Origin: Auanema rhodensis
Taxonomy: Eukaryota > Animalia > Nematoda
NCBI GenBank assembly: GCA_964057225.1
Contig: OZ059895.1
Coordinates: 20,150,001 to 20,214,000, forward strand
Direction of reading: 5' to 3'
DNA length: 64,000 nucleotides
The stretch's first letter is position 1; each line of letters begins with the position of its first letter. The translations under genes were made by a program, and so were the position numbers. Below, one piece after another: positions 10,881-26,600 of this stretch. The notes under the pieces were generated by a model. That model worked only from the letters and a program-made list of their open reading frames with translations, searched no databases and was not told where the DNA came from.

Positions 10881-13800
10881 TTTGCGCTAGCTTAAAAATG
10901 CACCGAGATATCAACTGATATAAGTTCACACTTAGATCCTCGATTTTCACCCTGAAGAATTAATTTTTTCGTTGAATAACAATGTCCATCGTCTTTGCCT
11001 TGAAAAAACAAATCTAAAAACATCTACTTCTTGCTAAATTATTTTGAAATTTTTCGAAAAAATTTTTGTCAAAATGTTTTTGGAAGCAATGTTGAGTGTA
11101 CATGGAAACTCAACATACACTAATGCATCATTTTTCAAACGATCATAACTAATTTTTGTATTAAGCGTTTCTCAATGTAGTATAGTGCATTCGATGCGGA
11201 TTTTTAAGCTGCGTCGATCTGTGTTATCAGATTTGCGCTAGCTTAAAAATGCACCGAGATATCAACTGATATATGTTCACACTTATATCCTCGATTTTCA
11301 CCCTGAAGAAATTATTTTTTCGTTGAATAACATTGTCCATCGTCTTTGCCTTGAAAAAAGGAATCTAAAAACATCTACTTCTTGCTAAATTATTTTGAAA
11401 TTTTTCGAAAAAATTTTTGTCAAAATGTTTTTGGAAGCAATGTTGAGTGTACATGGAAACTCAACATACACTAATGCATCATTTTTCAAACGATCATAAC
11501 TAATTTTTGTATTGAGCGTTTCTCAATGTAGTATAGTGCATTCGATGCGGATTTTTAAGCTGCGTCGATCTGTGTTATCAGATTTGCTCTAGCTTAAAAA
11601 TGCACCGAGATATCAACTGATATATGTTCACACTTATATCCTCGATTTTCACCCTGAAGAAATTATTTTTTCGTTGAATAACATTGTCCATCGTCTTTGC
11701 CTTGAAAAAAGGAATCTAAAAACATCTACTTCTTGCTAAATTATTTTGAAATTTTTCGAAAAAATTTTTGTCAAAATGTTTTTGGAAGCAATGTTGAGTG
11801 TACATGGAAACTCAACATACACTAATGCATCATTTTTCAAACGATCATAACTAATTTTTGTATTGAGCGTTTCTCAATGTAGTATAGTGCATTCGATGCG
11901 GATTTTTAAGCTGCGTCGATCTGTGTTATCAGATTTGCGCTAGCTTAAAAATGCACCGAGATATCAACTGATATATGTTCACACTTATATCCTCGATTTT
12001 CACCCTGAAGAAATTATTTTTTCGTTGAATAACATTGTCCATCGTCTTTGCCTTGAAAAAAGAAATCTAAAAACATCTACTTCTTGCTAAATTATTTTGA
12101 AATTTTTCGAAAAAATTTTTGTCAAAATGTTTTTGGAAGCAATGTTGAGTGTACATGGAAACTCAACATACACTAATGCATCATTTTTCAAACGATCATA
12201 ACTAATTTTTGTATTAAGCGTTTCTCAATGTAGTATAGTGCATTCGATGCGGATTTTTAAGCTGCGTCGATCTGTGTTATCAGATTTGCGCTAGCTTAAA
12301 AATGCACCGAGATATCAACTGATATATGTTCACACTTATATCCTCGATTTTCACCCTGAAGAAATTATTTTTTCGTTGAATAACATTGTCCATCGTCTTT
12401 GCCTTGAAAAAAGGAATCTAAAAACATCTACTTCTTGCTAAATTATTTTGAAATTTTTCGAAAAAATTTTTGTCAAAATGTTTTTGGAAGCAATGTTGAG
12501 TGTACATGGAAACTCAACATACACTAATGCATCATTTTTCAAACGATCATAACTAATTTTTGTATTAAGCGTTTCTCAATGTAGTATAGTGCATTCGATG
12601 CGGATTTTTAAGCTGCGTCGATCTGTGTTATCAGATTTGCTCTAGCTTAAAAATGCACCGAGATATCAACTGATATATGTTCACACTTATATCCTCGATT
12701 TTCACCCTGAAGAAATTATTTTTTCGTTGAATAACATTGTCCATCGTCTTTGCCTTGAAAAAAGGAATCTAAAAACATCTACTTCTTGCTAAATTATTTT
12801 GAAATTTTTCGAAAAAATTTTTGTCAAAATGTTTTTGGAAGCAATGTTGAGTGTACATGGAAACTCAACATACACTAATGCATCATTTTTCAAACGATCA
12901 TAACTAATTTTTGTATTGAGCGTTTCTCGATGTAGTATAGTGCATTCGATGCGGATTTTTAAGCTGCGTCGATCTGTGTTATCAGATTTGCGCTAGCTTA
13001 AAAATGCACCGAGATATCAACTGATATAAGTTCACACTTAGATCCTCGATTTTCACCCTGAAGAATTAATTTTTTCGTTGAATAACAATGTCCATCGTCT
13101 TTGCCTTGAAAAAACAAATCTAAAAACATCTACTTCTTGCTAAATTATTTTGAAATTTTTCGAAAAAATTTTTGTCAAAATGTTTTTGGAAGCAATGTTG
13201 AGTGTACATGGAAACTCAACATACACTAATGCATCATTTTTCAAACGATCATAACTAATTTTTGTATTAAGCGTTTCTCAATGTAGTATAGTGCATTCGA
13301 TGCGGATTTTTAAGCTGCGTCGATCTGTGTTATCAGATTTGCGCTAGCTTAAAAATGCACCGAGATATCAACTGATATATGTTCACACTTATATCCTCGA
13401 TTTTCACCCTGAAGAAATTATTTTTTCGTTGAATAACATTGTCCATCGTCTTTGCCTTGAAAAAAGGAATCTAAAAACATCTACTTCTTGCTAAATTATT
13501 TTGAAATTTTTCGAAAAAATTTTTGTCAAAATGTTTTTGGAAGCAATGTTGAGTGTACATGGAAACTCAACATACACTAATGCATCATTTTTCAAACGAT
13601 CATAACTAATTTTTGTATTGAGCGTTTCTCAATGTAGTATAGTGCATTCGATGCGGATTTTTAAGCTGCGTCGATCTGTGTTATCAGATTTGCTCTAGCT
13701 TAAAAATGCACCGAGATATCAACTGATATATGTTCACACTTATATCCTCGATTTTCACCCTGAAGAAATTATTTTTTCGTTGAATAACATTGTCCATCGT

Positions 13801-14741
13801 CTTTGCCTTGAAAAAAGGAATCTAAAAACATCTACTTCTTGCTAAATTATTTTGAAATTTTTCGAAAAAATTTTTGTCAAAATGTTTTTGGAAGCAATGT
13901 TGAGTGTACATGGAAACTCAACATACACTAATGCATCATTTTTCAAACGATCATAACTAATTTTTGTATTGAGCGTTTCTCAATGTAGTATAGTGCATTC
14001 GATGCGGATTTTTAAGCTGCGTCGATCTGTGTTATCAGATTTGCGCTAGCTTAAAAATGCACCGAGATATCAACTGATATATGTTCACACTTATATCCTC
14101 GATTTTCACCCTGAAGAAATTATTTTTTCGTTGAATAACATTGTCCATCGTCTTTGCCTTGAAAAAAGAAATCTAAAAACATCTACTTCTTGCTAAATTA
14201 TTTTGAAATTTTTCGAAAAAATTTTTGTCAAAATGTTTTTGGAAGCAATGTTGAGTGTACATGGAAACTCAACATACACTAATGCATCATTTTTCAAACG
14301 ATCATAACTAATTTTTGTATTAAGCGTTTCTCAATGTAGTATAGTGCATTCGATGCGGATTTTTAAGCTGCGTCGATCTGTGTTATCAGATTTGCGCTAG
14401 CTTAAAAATGCACCGAGATATCAACTGATATATGTTCACACTTATATCCTCGATTTTCACCCTGAAGAAATTATTTTTTCGTTGAATAACATTGTCCATC
14501 GTCTTTGCCTTGAAAAAAGGAATCTAAAAACATCTACTTCTTGCTAAATTATTTTGAAATTTTTCGAAAAAATTTTTGTCAAAATGTTTTTGGAAGCAAT
14601 GTTGAGTGTACATGGAAACTCAACATACACTAATGCATCATTTTTCAAACGATCATAACTAATTTTTGTATTGAGCGTTTCTCAATGTAGTATAGTGCAT
14701 TCGATGCGGATTTTTAAGCTGCGTCGATCTGTGTTATCAGA
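10881..14741 (+). repeat. Local 6-monomer (2106 bp) duplication
   Basis: Type B (CA) monomers at 10881 and 12987, and an isolated G130A in type A monomers at 12063 and 14169, both offset by 2106. Confidence 0.75.
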
Positions 14742-16145
14742 TTTGCGCTAGCTTAAAAATGCACCGAGATATCAACTGATATAAGTTCACACTTAGATCC
14801 TCGATTTTCACCCTGAAGAATTAATTTTTTCGTTGAATAACAATGTCCATCGTCTTTGCCTTGAAAAAAGAAATCTAAAAACATCTACTTCTTGCTAAAT
14901 TATTTTGAAATTTTTCGAAAAAATTTTTGTCAAAATGTTTTTGGAAGCAATGTTGAGTGTACATGGAAACTCAACATACACTAATGCATCATTTTTCAAA
15001 CGATCATAACTAATTTTTGTATTGAGCGTTTCTCAATGTAGTATAGTGCATTCGATGCGGATTTTTAAGCTGCGTCGATCTGTGTTATCAGATTTGCGCT
15101 AGCTTAAAAATGCACCGAGATATCAACTGATATATGTTCACACTTATATCCTCGATTTTCACCCTGAAGAAATTATTTTTTCGTTGAATAACATTGTCCA
15201 TCGTCTTTGCCTTGAAAAAAGGAATCTAAAAACATCTACTTCTTGCTAAATTATTTTGAAATTTTTCGAAAAAATTTTTGTCAAAATGTTTTTGGAAGCA
15301 ATGTTGAGTGTACATGGAAACTCAACATACACTAATGCATCATTTTTCAAACGATCATAACTAATTTTTGTATTGAGCGTTTCTCGATGTAGTATAGTGC
15401 ATTCGATGCGGATTTTTAAGCTGCGTCGATCTGTGTTATCAGATTTGCGCTAGCTTAAAAATGCACCGAGATATCAACTGATATAAGTTCACACTTAGAT
15501 CCTCGATTTTCACCCTGAAGAATTAATTTTTTCGTTGAATAACAATGTCCATCGTCTTTGCCTTGAGAAAAGAAATCTAAAAACATCTACTTCTTGCTAA
15601 ATTATTTTGAAATTTTTCGAAAAAATTTTTGTCAAAATGTTTTTGGAAGCAATGTTGAGTGTACATGGAAACTCAACATACACTAATGCATCATTTTTCA
15701 AACGATCATAACTAATTTTTGTATTGAGCGTTTCTCAATGTAGTACAGTGCATTCGATGCGGATTTTTAAGCTGCGTCGATCTGTGTTATCAGATTTGCG
15801 CTAGCTTAAAAATGCACCGAGATATCAACTGATATATGTTCACACTTATATCCTCGATTTTCACCCTGAAGAAATTATTTTTTCGTTGAATAACATTGTC
15901 CATCGTCTTTGCCTTGAAAAAAGGAATCTAAAAACATCTACTTCTTGCTAAATTATTTTGAAATTTTTCGAAAAAATTTTTGTCAAAATGTTTTTGGAAG
16001 CAATGTTGAGTGTACATGGAAACTCAACATACACTAATGCATCATTTTTCAAACGATCATAACTAATTTTTGTATTGAGCGTTTCTCAATGTAGTATAGT
16101 GCATTCGATGCGGATTTTTAAGCTGCGTCGATCTGTGTTATCAGA

Positions 16146-19100
16146 TTTGCGCTAGCTTAAAAATGCACCGAGATATCAACTGATATATGTTCACACTTAT
16201 ATCCTCGATTTTCACCCTGAAGAAATTATTTTTTCGTTGAATAACATTGTCCATCGTCTTTGCCTTGAAAAAAGGAATCTAAAAACATCTACTTCTTGCT
16301 AAATTATTTTGAAATTTTTCGAAAAAATTTTTGTCAAAATGTTTTTGGAAGCAATGTTGAGTGTACATGGAAACTCAACATACACTAATGCATCATTTTT
16401 CAAACGATCATAACTAATTTTTGTATTGAGCGTTTCTCAATGTAGTATAGTGCATTCGATGCGGATTTTTAAGCTGTGTCGATCTGTGTTATCAGATTTG
16501 CGCTAGCTTAAAAATGCACCGAGATATCAACTGATATATGTTCACACTTATATCCTCGATTTTCACCCTGAAGAAATTATTTTTTCGTTGAATAACATTG
16601 TCCATCGTCTTTGCCTTAAAAAAAGGAATCTAAAAACATCTACTTCTTGCTAAATTATTTTGAAATTTTTCGAAAAAATTTTTGTCAAAATGTTTTTGGA
16701 AGCAATGTTGAGTGTACATGGAAACTCAACATACACTAATGCATCATTTTTCAAACGATCATAACTAATTTTTGTATTGAGCGTTTCTCAATGTAGTATA
16801 GTGCATTCGATGCGGATTTTTAAGCTGTGTCGATCTGTGTTATCAGATTTGCGCTAGCTTAAAAATGCACCGAGATATCAACTGATATATGTTCACACTT
16901 ATATCCTCGATTTTCACCCTGAAGAAATTATTTTTTCGTTGAATAACATTGTCCATCGTCTTTGCCTTGAAAAAAGGAATCTAAAAACATCTACTTCTTG
17001 CTAAATTATTTTGAAATTTTTCGAAAAAATTTTTGTCAAAATGTTTTTGGAAGCAATGTTGAGTGTACATGGAAACTCAACATACACTAATGCATCATTT
17101 TTCAAACGATCATAACTAATTTTTGTATTGAGCGTTTCTCGATGTAGTATAGTGCATTCGATGCGGATTTTTAAGCTGCGTCGATCTGTGTTATCAGATT
17201 TGCGCTAGCTTAAAAATGCACCGAGATATCAACTGATATAAGTTCACACTTAGATCCTCGATTTTCACCCTGAAGAATTAATTTTTTCGTTGAATAACAA
17301 TGTCCATCGTCTTTGCCTTGAAAAAACAAATCTAAAAACATCTACTTCTTGCTAAATTATTTTGAAATTTTTCGAAAAAATTTTTGTCAAAATGTTTTTG
17401 GAAGCAATGTTGAGTGTACATGGAAACTCAACATACACTAATGCATCATTTTTCAAACGATCATAACTAATTTTTGTATTAAGCGTTTTTCAATGTAGTA
17501 TAGTGCATTCGATGCGGATTTTTAAGCTGCGTCGATCTGTGTTATCAGATTTGCGCTAGCTTAAAAATGCACCGAGATATCAACTGATATATGTTCACAC
17601 TTATATCCTCGATTTTCACCCTGAAGAAATTATTTTTTCGTTGAATAACATTGTCCATCGTCTTTGCCTTGAAAAAAGGAATCTAAAAACATCTACTTCT
17701 TGCTAAATTATTTTGAAATTTTTCGAAAAAATTTTTGTCAAAATGTTTTTGGAAGCAATGTTGAGTGTACATGGAAACTCAACATACACTAATGCATCAT
17801 TTTTCAAACGATCATAACTAATTTTTGTATTGAGCGTTTCTCAATGTAGTATAGTGCATTCAATGCGGATTTTTAAGCTGCGTCGATCTGTGTTATCAGA
17901 TTTGCTCTAGCTTAAAAATGCACCGAGATATCAACTGATATATGTTCACACTTATATCCTCGATTTTCACCCTGAAGAAATTATTTTTTCGTTGAATAAC
18001 ATTGTCCATCGTCTTTGCCTTGAAAAAAGGAATCTAAAAACATCTACTTCTTGCTAAATTATTTTGAAATTTTTCGAAAAAATTTTTGTCAAAATGTTTT
18101 TGGAAGCAATGTTGAGTGTACATGGAAACTCAACATACACTAATGCATCATTTTTCAAACGATCATAACTAATTTTTGTATTAAGCGTTTCTCAATGTAG
18201 TATAGTGCATTCGATGCGGATTTTTAAGCTGCGTCGATCTGTGTTATCAGATTTGCTCTAGCTTAAAAATGCACCGAGATATCAACTGATATATGTTCAC
18301 ACTTATATCCTCGATTTTCACCCTGAAGAAATTATTTTTTCGTTGAATAACATTGTCCATCGTCTTTGCCTTGAAAAAAGGAATCTAAAAACATCTACTT
18401 CTTGCTAAATTATTTTGAAATTTTTCGAAAAAATTTTTGTCAAAATGTTTTTGGAAGCAATGTTGAGTGTACATGGAAACTCAACATACACTAATGCATC
18501 ATTTTTCAAACGATCATAACTAATTTTTGTATTGAGCGTTTCTCAATGTAGTATAGTGCATTCAATGCGGATTTTTAAGCTGCGTCGATCTGTGTTATCA
18601 GATTTGCTCTAGCTTAAAAATGCACCGAGATATCAACTGATATATGTTCACACTTATATCCTCGATTTTCACCCTGAAGAAATTATTTTTTCGTTGAATA
18701 ACATTGTCCATCGTCTTTGCCTTGAAAAAAGGAATCTAAAAACATCTACTTCTTGCTAAATTATTTTGAAATTTTTCGAAAAAATTTTTGTCAAAATGTT
18801 TTTGGAAGCAATGTTGAGTGTACATGGAAACTCAACATACACTAATGCATCATTTTTCAAACGATCATAACTAATTTTTGTATTAAGCGTTTCTCAATGT
18901 AGTATAGTGCATTCGATGCGGATTTTTAAGCTGCGTCGATCTGTGTTATCAGATTTGCTCTAGCTTAAAAATGCACCGAGATATCAACTGATATATGTTC
19001 ACACTTATATCCTCGATTTTCACCCTGAAGAAATTATTTTTTCGTTGAATAACATTGTCCATCGTCTTTGCCTTGAAAAAAGGAATCTAAAAACATCTAC

Positions 19101-22100
19101 TTCTTGCTAAATTATTTTGAAATTTTTCGAAAAAATTTTTGTCAAAATGTTTTTGGAAGCAATGTTGAGTGTACATGGAAACTCAACATACACTAATGCA
19201 TCATTTTTCAAACGATCATAACTAATTTTTGTATTAAGCGTTTCTCAATGTAGTATAGTGCATTCGATGCGGATTTTTAAGCTGCGTCGATCTGTGTTAT
19301 CAGATTTGCTCTAGCTTAAAAATGCACCGAGATATCAACTGATATATGTTCACACTTATATCCTCGATTTTCACCCTGAAGAAATTATTTTTTCGTTGAA
19401 TAACATTGTCCATCGTCTTTGCCTTGAAAAAAGGAATCTAAAAACATCTACTTCTTGCTAAATTATTTTGAAATTTTTCGAAAAAATTTTTGTCAAAATG
19501 TTTTTGGAAGCAATGTTGAGTGTACATGGAAACTCAACATACACTAATGCATCATTTTTCAAACGATCATAACTAATTTTTGTATTGAGCGTTTCTCAAT
19601 GTAGTATAGTGCATTCGATGCGGATTTTTAAGCTGTGTCGATCTGTGTTATCAGATTTGCGCTAGCTTAAAAATGCACCGAGATATCAACTGATATATGT
19701 TCACACTTATATCCTCGATTTTCACCCTGAAGAAATTATTTTTTCGTTGAATAACATTGTCCATCGTCTTTGCCTTGAAAAAAGGAATCTAAAAACATCT
19801 ACTTCTTGCTAAATTATTTTGAAATTTTTCGAAAAAATTTTTGTCAAAATGTTTTTGGAAGCAATGTTGAGTGTACATGGAAACTCAACATACACTAATG
19901 CATCATTTTTCAAACGATCATAACTAATTTTTGTATTAAGCGTTTCTCAATGTAGTATAGTGCATTCGATGCGGATTTTTAAGCTGCGTCGATCTGTGTT
20001 ATCAGATTTGCTCTAGCTTAAAAATGCACCGAGATATCAACTGATATATGTTCACACTTATATCCTCGATTTTCACCCTGAAGAAGTTATTTTTTCGTTG
20101 AATAACATTGTCCATCGTCTTTGCCTTGAAAAAAGGAATCTAAAAACATCTACTTCTTGCTAAATTATTTTGAAATTTTTCGAAAAAATTTTTGTCAAAA
20201 TGTTTTTGGAAGCAATGTTGAGTGTACATGGAAACTCAACATACACTAATGCATCATTTTTCAAACGATCATAACTAATTTTTGTATTGAGCGTTTCTCG
20301 ATGTAGTATAGTGCATTCGATGCGGATTTTGAAGCTGCGTCGATCTGTGTTATCAGATTTGCGCTAGCTTAAAAATGCACCGAGATATCAACTGATATAA
20401 GTTCACACTTAGATCCTCGATTTTCACCCTGAAGAATTAATTTTTTCGTTGAATAACAATGTCCATCGTCTTTGCCTTGAAAAAACAAATCTAAAAACAT
20501 CTACTTCTTGCTAAATTATTTTGAAATTTTTCGAAAAAATTTTTGTCAAAATGTTTTTGGAAGCAATGTTGAGTGTACATGGAAACTCAACATACACTAA
20601 TGCATCATTTTTCAAACGATCATAACTAATTTTTGTATTAAGCGTTTCTCAATGTAGTATAGTGCATTCGATGCGGATTTTTAAGCTGCGTCGATCTGTG
20701 TTATCAGATTTGCTCTAGCTTAAAAATGCACCGAGATATCAACTGATATATGTTCACACTTATATCCTCGATTTTCACCCTGAAGAAGTTATTTTTTCGT
20801 TGAATAACATTGTCCATCGTCTTTGCCTTGAAAAAAGGAATCTAAAAACATCTACTTCTTGCTAAATTATTTTGAAATTTTTCGAAAAAATTTTTGTCAA
20901 AATGTTTTTGGAAGCAATGTTGAGTGTACATGGAAACTCAACATACACTAATGCATCATTTTTCAAACGATCATAACTAATTTTTGTATTGAGCGTTTCT
21001 CGATGTAGTATAGTGCATTCGATGCGGATTTTTAAGCTGCGTCGATCTGTGTTATCAGATTTGCTCTAGCTTAAAAATGCACCGAGATATCAACTGATAT
21101 ATGTTCACACTTATATCCTCGATTTTCACCCTGAAGAAGTTATTTTTTCGTTGAATAACATTGTCCATCGTCTTTGCCTTGAAAAAAGGAATCTAAAAAC
21201 ATCTACTTCTTGCTAAATTATTTTGAAATTTTTCGAAAAAATTTTTGTCAAAATGTTTTTGGAAGCAATGTTGAGTGTACATGGAAACTCAACATACACT
21301 AATGCATCATTTTTCAAACGATCATAACTAATTTTTGTATTGAGCGTTTCTCAATGTAGTATAGTGCATTCGATGCGGATTTTTAAGCTGCGTCGATCTG
21401 TGTTATCAGATTTGCGCTAGCTTAAAAATGCACCGAGATATCAACTGATATATGTTCACACTTATATCCTCGATTTTCACCCTGAAGAAATTATTTTTTC
21501 GTTGAATAACATTGTCCATCGTCTTTGCCTTGAAAAAAGGAATCTAAAAACATCTACTTCTTGCTAAATTATTTTGAAATTTTTCGAAAAAATTTTTGTC
21601 AAAATGTTTTTGGAAGCAATGTTGAGTGTACATGGAAACTCAACATACACTAATGCATCATTTTTCAAACGATCATAACTAATTTTTGTATTGAGCGTTT
21701 CTCAATGTAGTATAGTGCATTCGATGCGGATTTTTAAGCTGTGTCGATCTGTGTTATCAGATTTGCGCTAGCTTAAAAATGCACCGAGATATCAACTGAT
21801 ATATGTTCACACTTATATCCTCGATTTTCACCCTGAAGAAATTATTTTTTCGTTGAATAACATTGTCCATCGTCTTTGCCTTAAAAAAAGGAATCTAAAA
21901 ACATCTACTTCTTGCTAAATTATTTTGAAATTTTTCGAAAAAATTTTTGTCAAAATGTTTTTGGAAGCAATGTTGAGTGTACATGGAAACTCAACATACA
22001 CTAATGCATCATTTTTCAAACGATCATAACTAATTTTTGTATTGAGCGTTTCTCAATGTAGTATAGTGCATTCGATGCGGATTTTTAAGCTGTGTCGATC

Positions 22101-25100
22101 TGTGTTATCAGATTTGCGCTAGCTTAAAAATGCACCGAGATATCAACTGATATATGTTCACACTTATATCCTCGATTTTCACCCTGAAGAAATTATTTTT
22201 TCGTTGAATAACATTGTCCATCGTCTTAGCCTTGAAAAAAGGAATCTAAAAACATCTACTTCTTGCTAAATTATTTTGAAATTTTTCGAAAAAATTTTTG
22301 TCAAAATGTTTTTGGAAGCAATGTTGAGTGTACATGGAAACTCAACATACACTAATGCATCATTTTTCAAACGATCATAACTAATTTTTGTATTGAGCGT
22401 TTCTCGATGTAGTATAGTGCATTCGATGCGGATTTTTAAGCTGCGTCGATCTGTGTTATCAGATTTGCGCTAGCTTAAAAATGCACCGAGATATCAACTG
22501 ATATAAGTTCACACTTAGATCCTCGATTTTCACCCTGAAGAATTAATTTTTTCGTTGAATAACAATGTCCATCGTCTTTGCCTTGAAAAAACAAATCTAA
22601 AAACATCTACTTCTTGCTAAATTATTTTGAAATTTTTCGAAAAAATTTTTGTCAAAATGTTTTTGGAAGCAATGTTGAGTGTACATGGAAACTCAACATA
22701 CACTAATGCATCATTTTTCAAACGATCATAACTAATTTTTGTATTAAGCGTTTTTCAATGTAGTATAGTGCATTCGATGCGGATTTTTAAGCTGCGTCGA
22801 TCTGTGTTATCAGATTTGCGCTAGCTTAAAAATGCACCGAGATATCAACTGATATATGTTCACACTTATATCCTCGATTTTCACCCTGAAGAAATTATTT
22901 TTTCGTTGAATAACATTGTCCATCGTCTTTGCCTTGAAAAAAGGAATCTAAAAACATCTACTTCTTGCTAAATTATTTTGAAATTTTTCGAAAAAATTTT
23001 TGTCAAAATGTTTTTGGAAGCAATGTTGAGTGTACATGGAAACTCAACATACACTAATGCATCATTTTTCAAACGATCATAACTAATTTTTGTATTGAGC
23101 GTTTCTCAATGTAGTATAGTGCATTCAATGCGGATTTTTAAGCTGCGTCGATCTGTGTTATCAGATTTGCTCTAGCTTAAAAATGCACCGAGATATCAAC
23201 TGATATATGTTCACACTTATATCCTCGATTTTCACCCTGAAGAAATTATTTTTTCGTTGAATAACATTGTCCATCGTCTTTGCCTTGAAAAAAGGAATCT
23301 AAAAACATCTACTTCTTGCTAAATTATTTTGAAATTTTTCGAAAAAATTTTTGTCAAAATGTTTTTGGAAGCAATGTTGAGTGTACATGGAAACTCAACA
23401 TACACTAATGCATCATTTTTCAAACGATCATAACTAATTTTTGTATTAAGCGTTTCTCAATGTAGTATAGTGCATTCGATGCGGATTTTTAAGCTGCGTC
23501 GATCTGTGTTATCAGATTTGCTCTAGCTTAAAAATGCACCGAGATATCAACTGATATATGTTCACACTTATATCCTCGATTTTCACCCTGAAGAAATTAT
23601 TTTTTCGTTGAATAACATTGTCCATCGTCTTTGCCTTGAAAAAAGGAATCTAAAAACATCTACTTCTTGCTAAATTATTTTGAAATTTTTCGAAAAAATT
23701 TTTGTCAAAATGTTTTTGGAAGCAATGTTGAGTGTACATGGAAACTCAACATACACTAATGCATCATTTTTCAAACGATCATAACTAATTTTTGTATTGA
23801 GCGTTTCTCAATGTAGTATAGTGCATTCAATGCGGATTTTTAAGCTGCGTCGATCTGTGTTATCAGATTTGCTCTAGCTTAAAAATGCACCGAGATATCA
23901 ACTGATATATGTTCACACTTATATCCTCGATTTTCACCCTGAAGAAATTATTTTTTCGTTGAATAACATTGTCCATCGTCTTTGCCTTGAAAAAAGGAAT
24001 CTAAAAACATCTACTTCTTGCTAAATTATTTTGAAATTTTTCGAAAAAATTTTTGTCAAAATGTTTTTGGAAGCAATGTTGAGTGTACATGGAAACTCAA
24101 CATACACTAATGCATCATTTTTCAAACGATCATAACTAATTTTTGTATTAAGCGTTTCTCAATGTAGTATAGTGCATTCGATGCGGATTTTTAAGCTGCG
24201 TCGATCTGTGTTATCAGATTTGCTCTAGCTTAAAAATGCACCGAGATATCAACTGATATATGTTCACACTTATATCCTCGATTTTCACCCTGAAGAAATT
24301 ATTTTTTCGTTGAATAACATTGTCCATCGTCTTTGCCTTGAAAAAAGGAATCTAAAAACATCTACTTCTTGCTAAATTATTTTGAAATTTTTCGAAAAAA
24401 TTTTTGTCAAAATGTTTTTGGAAGCAATGTTGAGTGTACATGGAAACTCAACATACACTAATGCATCATTTTTCAAACGATCATAACTAATTTTTGTATT
24501 AAGCGTTTCTCAATGTAGTATAGTGCATTCGATGCGGATTTTTAAGCTGCGTCGATCTGTGTTATCAGATTTGCTCTAGCTTAAAAATGCACCGAGATAT
24601 CAACTGATATATGTTCACACTTATATCCTCGATTTTCACCCTGAAGAAATTATTTTTTCGTTGAATAACATTGTCCATCGTCTTTGCCTTGAAAAAAGGA
24701 ATCTAAAAACATCTACTTCTTGCTAAATTATTTTGAAATTTTTCGAAAAAATTTTTGTCAAAATGTTTTTGGAAGCAATGTTGAGTGTACATGGAAACTC
24801 AACATACACTAATGCATCATTTTTCAAACGATCATAACTAATTTTTGTATTGAGCGTTTCTCAATGTAGTATAGTGCATTCGATGCGGATTTTTAAGCTG
24901 TGTCGATCTGTGTTATCAGATTTGCGCTAGCTTAAAAATGCACCGAGATATCAACTGATATATGTTCACACTTATATCCTCGATTTTCACCCTGAAGAAA
25001 TTATTTTTTCGTTGAATAACATTGTCCATCGTCTTTGCCTTGAAAAAAGGAATCTAAAAACATCTACTTCTTGCTAAATTATTTTGAAATTTTTCGAAAA

Positions 25101-26600
25101 AATTTTTGTCAAAATGTTTTTGGAAGCAATGTTGAGTGTACATGGAAACTCAACATACACTAATGCATCATTTTTCAAACGATCATAACTAATTTTTGTA
25201 TTAAGCGTTTCTCAATGTAGTATAGTGCATTCGATGCGGATTTTTAAGCTGCGTCGATCTGTGTTATCAGATTTGCTCTAGCTTAAAAATGCACCGAGAT
25301 ATCAACTGATATATGTTCACACTTATATCCTCGATTTTCACCCTGAAGAAGTTATTTTTTCGTTGAATAACATTGTCCATCGTCTTTGCCTTGAAAAAAG
25401 GAATCTAAAAACATCTACTTCTTGCTAAATTATTTTGAAATTTTTCGAAAAAATTTTTGTCAAAATGTTTTTGGAAGCAATGTTGAGTGTACATGGAAAC
25501 TCAACATACACTAATGCATCATTTTTCAAACGATCATAACTAATTTTTGTATTGAGCGTTTCTCGATGTAGTATAGTGCATTCGATGCGGATTTTGAAGC
25601 TGCGTCGATCTGTGTTATCAGATTTGCGCTAGCTTAAAAATGCACCGAGATATCAACTGATATAAGTTCACACTTAGATCCTCGATTTTCACCCTGAAGA
25701 ATTAATTTTTTCGTTGAATAACAATGTCCATCGTCTTTGCCTTGAAAAAACAAATCTAAAAACATCTACTTCTTGCTAAATTATTTTGAAATTTTTCGAA
25801 AAAATTTTTGTCAAAATGTTTTTGGAAGCAATGTTGAGTGTACATGGAAACTCAACATACACTAATGCATCATTTTTCAAACGATCATAACTAATTTTTG
25901 TATTAAGCGTTTCTCAATGTAGTATAGTGCATTCGATGCGGATTTTTAAGCTGCGTCGATCTGTGTTATCAGATTTGCTCTAGCTTAAAAATGCACCGAG
26001 ATATCAACTGATATATGTTCACACTTATATCCTCGATTTTCACCCTGAAGAAGTTATTTTTTCGTTGAATAACATTGTCCATCGTCTTTGCCTTGAAAAA
26101 AGGAATCTAAAAACATCTACTTCTTGCTAAATTATTTTGAAATTTTTCGAAAAAATTTTTGTCAAAATGTTTTTGGAAGCAATGTTGAGTGTACATGGAA
26201 ACTCAACATACACTAATGCATCATTTTTCAAACGATCATAACTAATTTTTGTATTGAGCGTTTCTCGATGTAGTATAGTGCATTCGATGCGGATTTTTAA
26301 GCTGCGTCGATCTGTGTTATCAGATTTGCTCTAGCTTAAAAATGCACCGAGATATCAACTGATATATGTTCACACTTATATCCTCGATTTTCACCCTGAA
26401 GAAGTTATTTTTTCGTTGAATAACATTGTCCATCGTCTTTGCCTTGAAAAAAGGAATCTAAAAACATCTACTTCTTGCTAAATTATTTTGAAATTTTTCG
26501 AAAAAATTTTTGTCAAAATGTTTTTGGAAGCAATGTTGAGTGTACATGGAAACTCAACATACACTAATGCATCATTTTTCAAACGATCATAACTAATTTT
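16146..26600 (+). repeat. Tandem 15-monomer (5265 bp) duplication, two copies
   Basis: Rare SNP pairs offset by exactly 5265: 16477/21742, 16618/21883, 16828/22093, 17489/22754, 17862/23127, 19636/24901, 20086/25351 and 20331/25596. Boundaries are approximate. Confidence 0.92.
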
